In this document: positions 25,237 through 26,632 of the stretch, piece by piece | How the letters are laid out: the number at the start of each line of letters is the position of its first letter | Numbering within the stretch: position 1 is the stretch's first letter | Virus record (IMG/VR): IMGVR_UViG_3300010358_000014 | Location: 1 to 26,632 of that record | DNA length: 26,632 nucleotides | Source of the DNA: a virus | Taxonomy: Duplodnaviria > Caudoviricetes | Direction: 5' to 3' (one strand) | Translations under genes and position numbers: made by a program | Notes under the pieces: model-generated | Database searches by the model: none | The model's input: only the letters and a program-made list of their open reading frames with translations | What the model was told of the DNA's origin: nothing

Positions 25237-25305
25237 ATGAGTTCTGCGTCGGGCCGAACTGACAGACGACGGCGACTGACGCAGGGGGCGGTGGGTTGGC
25301 TATGA
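25237..25305 (+). CDS. Possible 22-aa leader ORF (MSSASGRTDRRRRLTQGAVGWL) ahead of the lysis module
   Basis: GGGAG RBS at 25224-25228, ATG 25237, TGA overlaps ATG 25302 of the next gene; below ORF-track cut-off. Confidence 0.35.
   Translation: MSSASGRTDRRRRLTQGAVGWL
25242..25286 (+). promoter_or_regulatory. GC-rich stem-loop between ejection and lysis genes
   Basis: TTCTGCGTCGG (25242-25252) pairs with CTGACGCAGGG (25276-25286, three G-U), plus GCCG/CGGC inner stem and 13-nt loop; no U-tract follows. Confidence 0.5.
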
Positions 25306-25682
25306 ACAACTTGCCGCCCCACAGGCGCATTACCTTAGCGGTTGTTGCTATCGTAGCCGCTGCTTTCTGGCTTTCGCTTATTGCTTACTTGACTGGTTAC
25401 TTTGCAACGGAAGAGTATACGGTAGCTAGTGCAGATGAACCACTAATGGTGTCGAAGTACGATGATAGGATAATCCAACTGCAAAGGGATGCCGCCGACA
25501 ACGCATATCGTACTCAGATCGAATATTTATTTGCGATCTGGATGAAGGATGCTACTGGACAGCCCGAACGGGCGGCAGTAGGCGCTCGGAAGGCACGGAA
25601 TGCCTACATCGATGTGATGAAAGCGATTGATAAGAATGAAGCCGATCTGCTAAAGCTGAGACAGTTAATACCACAGAACTAG
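25302..25682 (+). CDS. Single-pass membrane protein of the lysis region (function unknown; spanin/antiholin-like topology)
   Basis: HRR followed by ITLAVVAIVAAAFWLSLIAYLTGYF TM segment and a helical soluble domain; ATG 25302 preferred to TTG 25296. Confidence 0.65.
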   Translation: MNNLPPHRRITLAVVAIVAAAFWLSLIAYLTGYFATEEYTVASADEPLMVSKYDDRIIQLQRDAADNAYRTQIEYLFAIWMKDATGQPERAAVGARKARNAYIDVMKAIDKNEADLLKLRQLIPQN

Positions 25683-25693
25683 GAGGATGACAG

Positions 25694-25963
25694 ATGCCAC
25701 CCGGAGGTCCAGCCGAAGAGGCAGGTAAGGTCGCTGCTACGTTTATGGATATTATGCGAGCGCAGCCGTTGTCGCTTGCGTTAGTTATAATGAACTTCGC
25801 TCTGATAGGTCTAATATATTTCGGCACCAGCACAATCTCAGAGCGTCGGGCAAAGGAGTTTGAGAGGATAATGGAACAACAGGAGAAGCTGGGTCAGCTG
25901 CTCTACAATTGCGTACCAGTAAAGGACAAAACAGGAGGTCTCGATGAGAATAGCAATCTCTAG
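25694..25963 (+). CDS. Putative holin (one TM helix, charged C-terminus)
   Basis: AGGAGG RBS; PLSLALVIMNFALIGLIYFG TM; directly upstream of and overlapping the endolysin. Confidence 0.6.
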   Translation: MPPGGPAEEAGKVAATFMDIMRAQPLSLALVIMNFALIGLIYFGTSTISERRAKEFERIMEQQEKLGQLLYNCVPVKDKTGGLDENSNL

Positions 25964-26632
25964 CGGGCATGGTAAGTATGTCTCAGGAGCAGTTGGGCCT
26001 GCACCCTGGGGGCTACATGAACATAATGAGGCAGTAAGGGTTGTTGATGCTGTGACGCCACAGCTTAACACTGGCGGTAACTCAGCAGTTAGCTATGAGG
26101 ACACTACCAGCAGAACGCAACAGGAGAACCTTAATCGAATTGTAAACTGGCACAACTCGCAGACCAGGGATTACGATGTGTCGGTCCATTTCAACTCCAA
26201 TGGGACAACCGATAGCCCAAGAGGCTGTGAGGTTTATTATTATAGTCAACAGCAGCTCGCAGCACGTATCAGTACTGCAATGGCAAGCGCAGGTCGCCTT
26301 ACAAATAGAGGCGCCAAGAGAAACACCGGATTGTATTTCTTGAACTCGACAACTAAACCTGCGGTCCTGCTGGAAGTCTGCTTTGTTAATAGCAAGGCCG
26401 ATGCTGGTTTATATCAGCAGAACTTCGCACCGATCTGCACGGCAATTGCAGATTCGATCCTAGGCCAAGCTTCACCAGAACCACCGACACCAATACCTCC
26501 TAGCGCTTGGAGGACCGAAGGCCGAATGAGTTGGTTCGGTGGACCTAACGATACTGGAGTATCGCCGGGCGAGGGTCTTGCCTTCATCTACACCTATGAC
26601 TCGGCCAAGCATCTGTTCCTGCCAACGCAACC
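25944..26632 (+). CDS. Endolysin, N-acetylmuramoyl-L-alanine amidase (Amidase_3) with second domain; 3'-truncated, not in ORF track
   Basis: AGGAGG RBS, ATG 25944, frame open to window end; MRIAISSGHG...E...DVSVHFN...GCEVYY...NRGAK...LYFLN.T.KPAVLLEVCFVNS (Zn ligands H,E,H and catalytic E); Pro-rich linker then GRMSWFGGPND. Confidence 0.9.
   Translation, partial: MRIAISSGHGKYVSGAVGPAPWGLHEHNEAVRVVDAVTPQLNTGGNSAVSYEDTTSRTQQENLNRIVNWHNSQTRDYDVSVHFNSNGTTDSPRGCEVYYYSQQQLAARISTAMASAGRLTNRGAKRNTGLYFLNSTTKPAVLLEVCFVNSKADAGLYQQNFAPICTAIADSILGQASPEPPTPIPPSAWRTEGRMSWFGGPNDTGVSPGEGLAFIYTYDSAKHLFLPTQ

Larger units (their letters stand above)
1..26632 (+). mobile_element. Tailed phage (podovirus-like, BPP-1/epsilon15/T7-type virion module) genome segment or prophage; both ends truncated
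   Basis: Co-oriented, tightly packed terminase-portal-scaffold-capsid-cement-tail-ejection-lysis genes; no host housekeeping genes; no integrase or att site inside the window. Confidence 0.96.

Noticed and set aside
25257-25286. Hammerhead ribozyme core (CUGACAGA)
   Set aside because: Does not match CUGANGA, and no GAAA or three-stem junction
25242-25295. Rho-independent terminator
   Set aside because: Hairpin is followed by a G-rich sequence, not a U-tract
1-26632. Stop-codon recoding, CRISPR arrays, tRNAs, introns/inteins
   Set aside because: Standard code gives full-length genes with TAG used as stop; no spaced repeats, cloverleafs or interrupted genes seen

Overview
The whole window is the late (morphogenesis and lysis) operon of a short-tailed dsDNA phage or prophage with a BPP-1/epsilon15/T7-like virion plan. 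All credible genes are on the + strand, and most are translationally coupled (ATGA/TAATG/TGATG overlaps). Gene order: 3' part of the large terminase, three small genes, portal, RHH-like ORF, Bbp19-like protein, scaffold, small gene, major capsid, Bbp16-like cement, a block of decoration/fibre genes, six small genes (the last Acb2/Tad1-like), tail adaptor, HTH ORF, tail nozzle, gp13-like protein, three ejection proteins, and the lysis module (membrane protein, holin-like protein, truncated Amidase_3 endolysin). The host is probably a Gram-negative proteobacterium (inference). The most unusual signal is that three genes of the fibre/decoration block, including the 712-aa repeat-containing fibre, begin with export signal peptides, have Gln at the predicted mature N-terminus and carry even numbers of cysteines. 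The T7-gp17-type anchor protein is separate, short and has no obvious receptor-binding domain. This suggests fibre parts that are exported, matured in the periplasm and docked later. Other points of note: three pairs of small paralogous proteins, a candidate cyclic-nucleotide sponge in the late operon, two potentially structured leaders (before the capsid gene and before the lysis genes) and a Firmicutes-type amidase. All family assignments come from motif recognition by eye; no searches were run.
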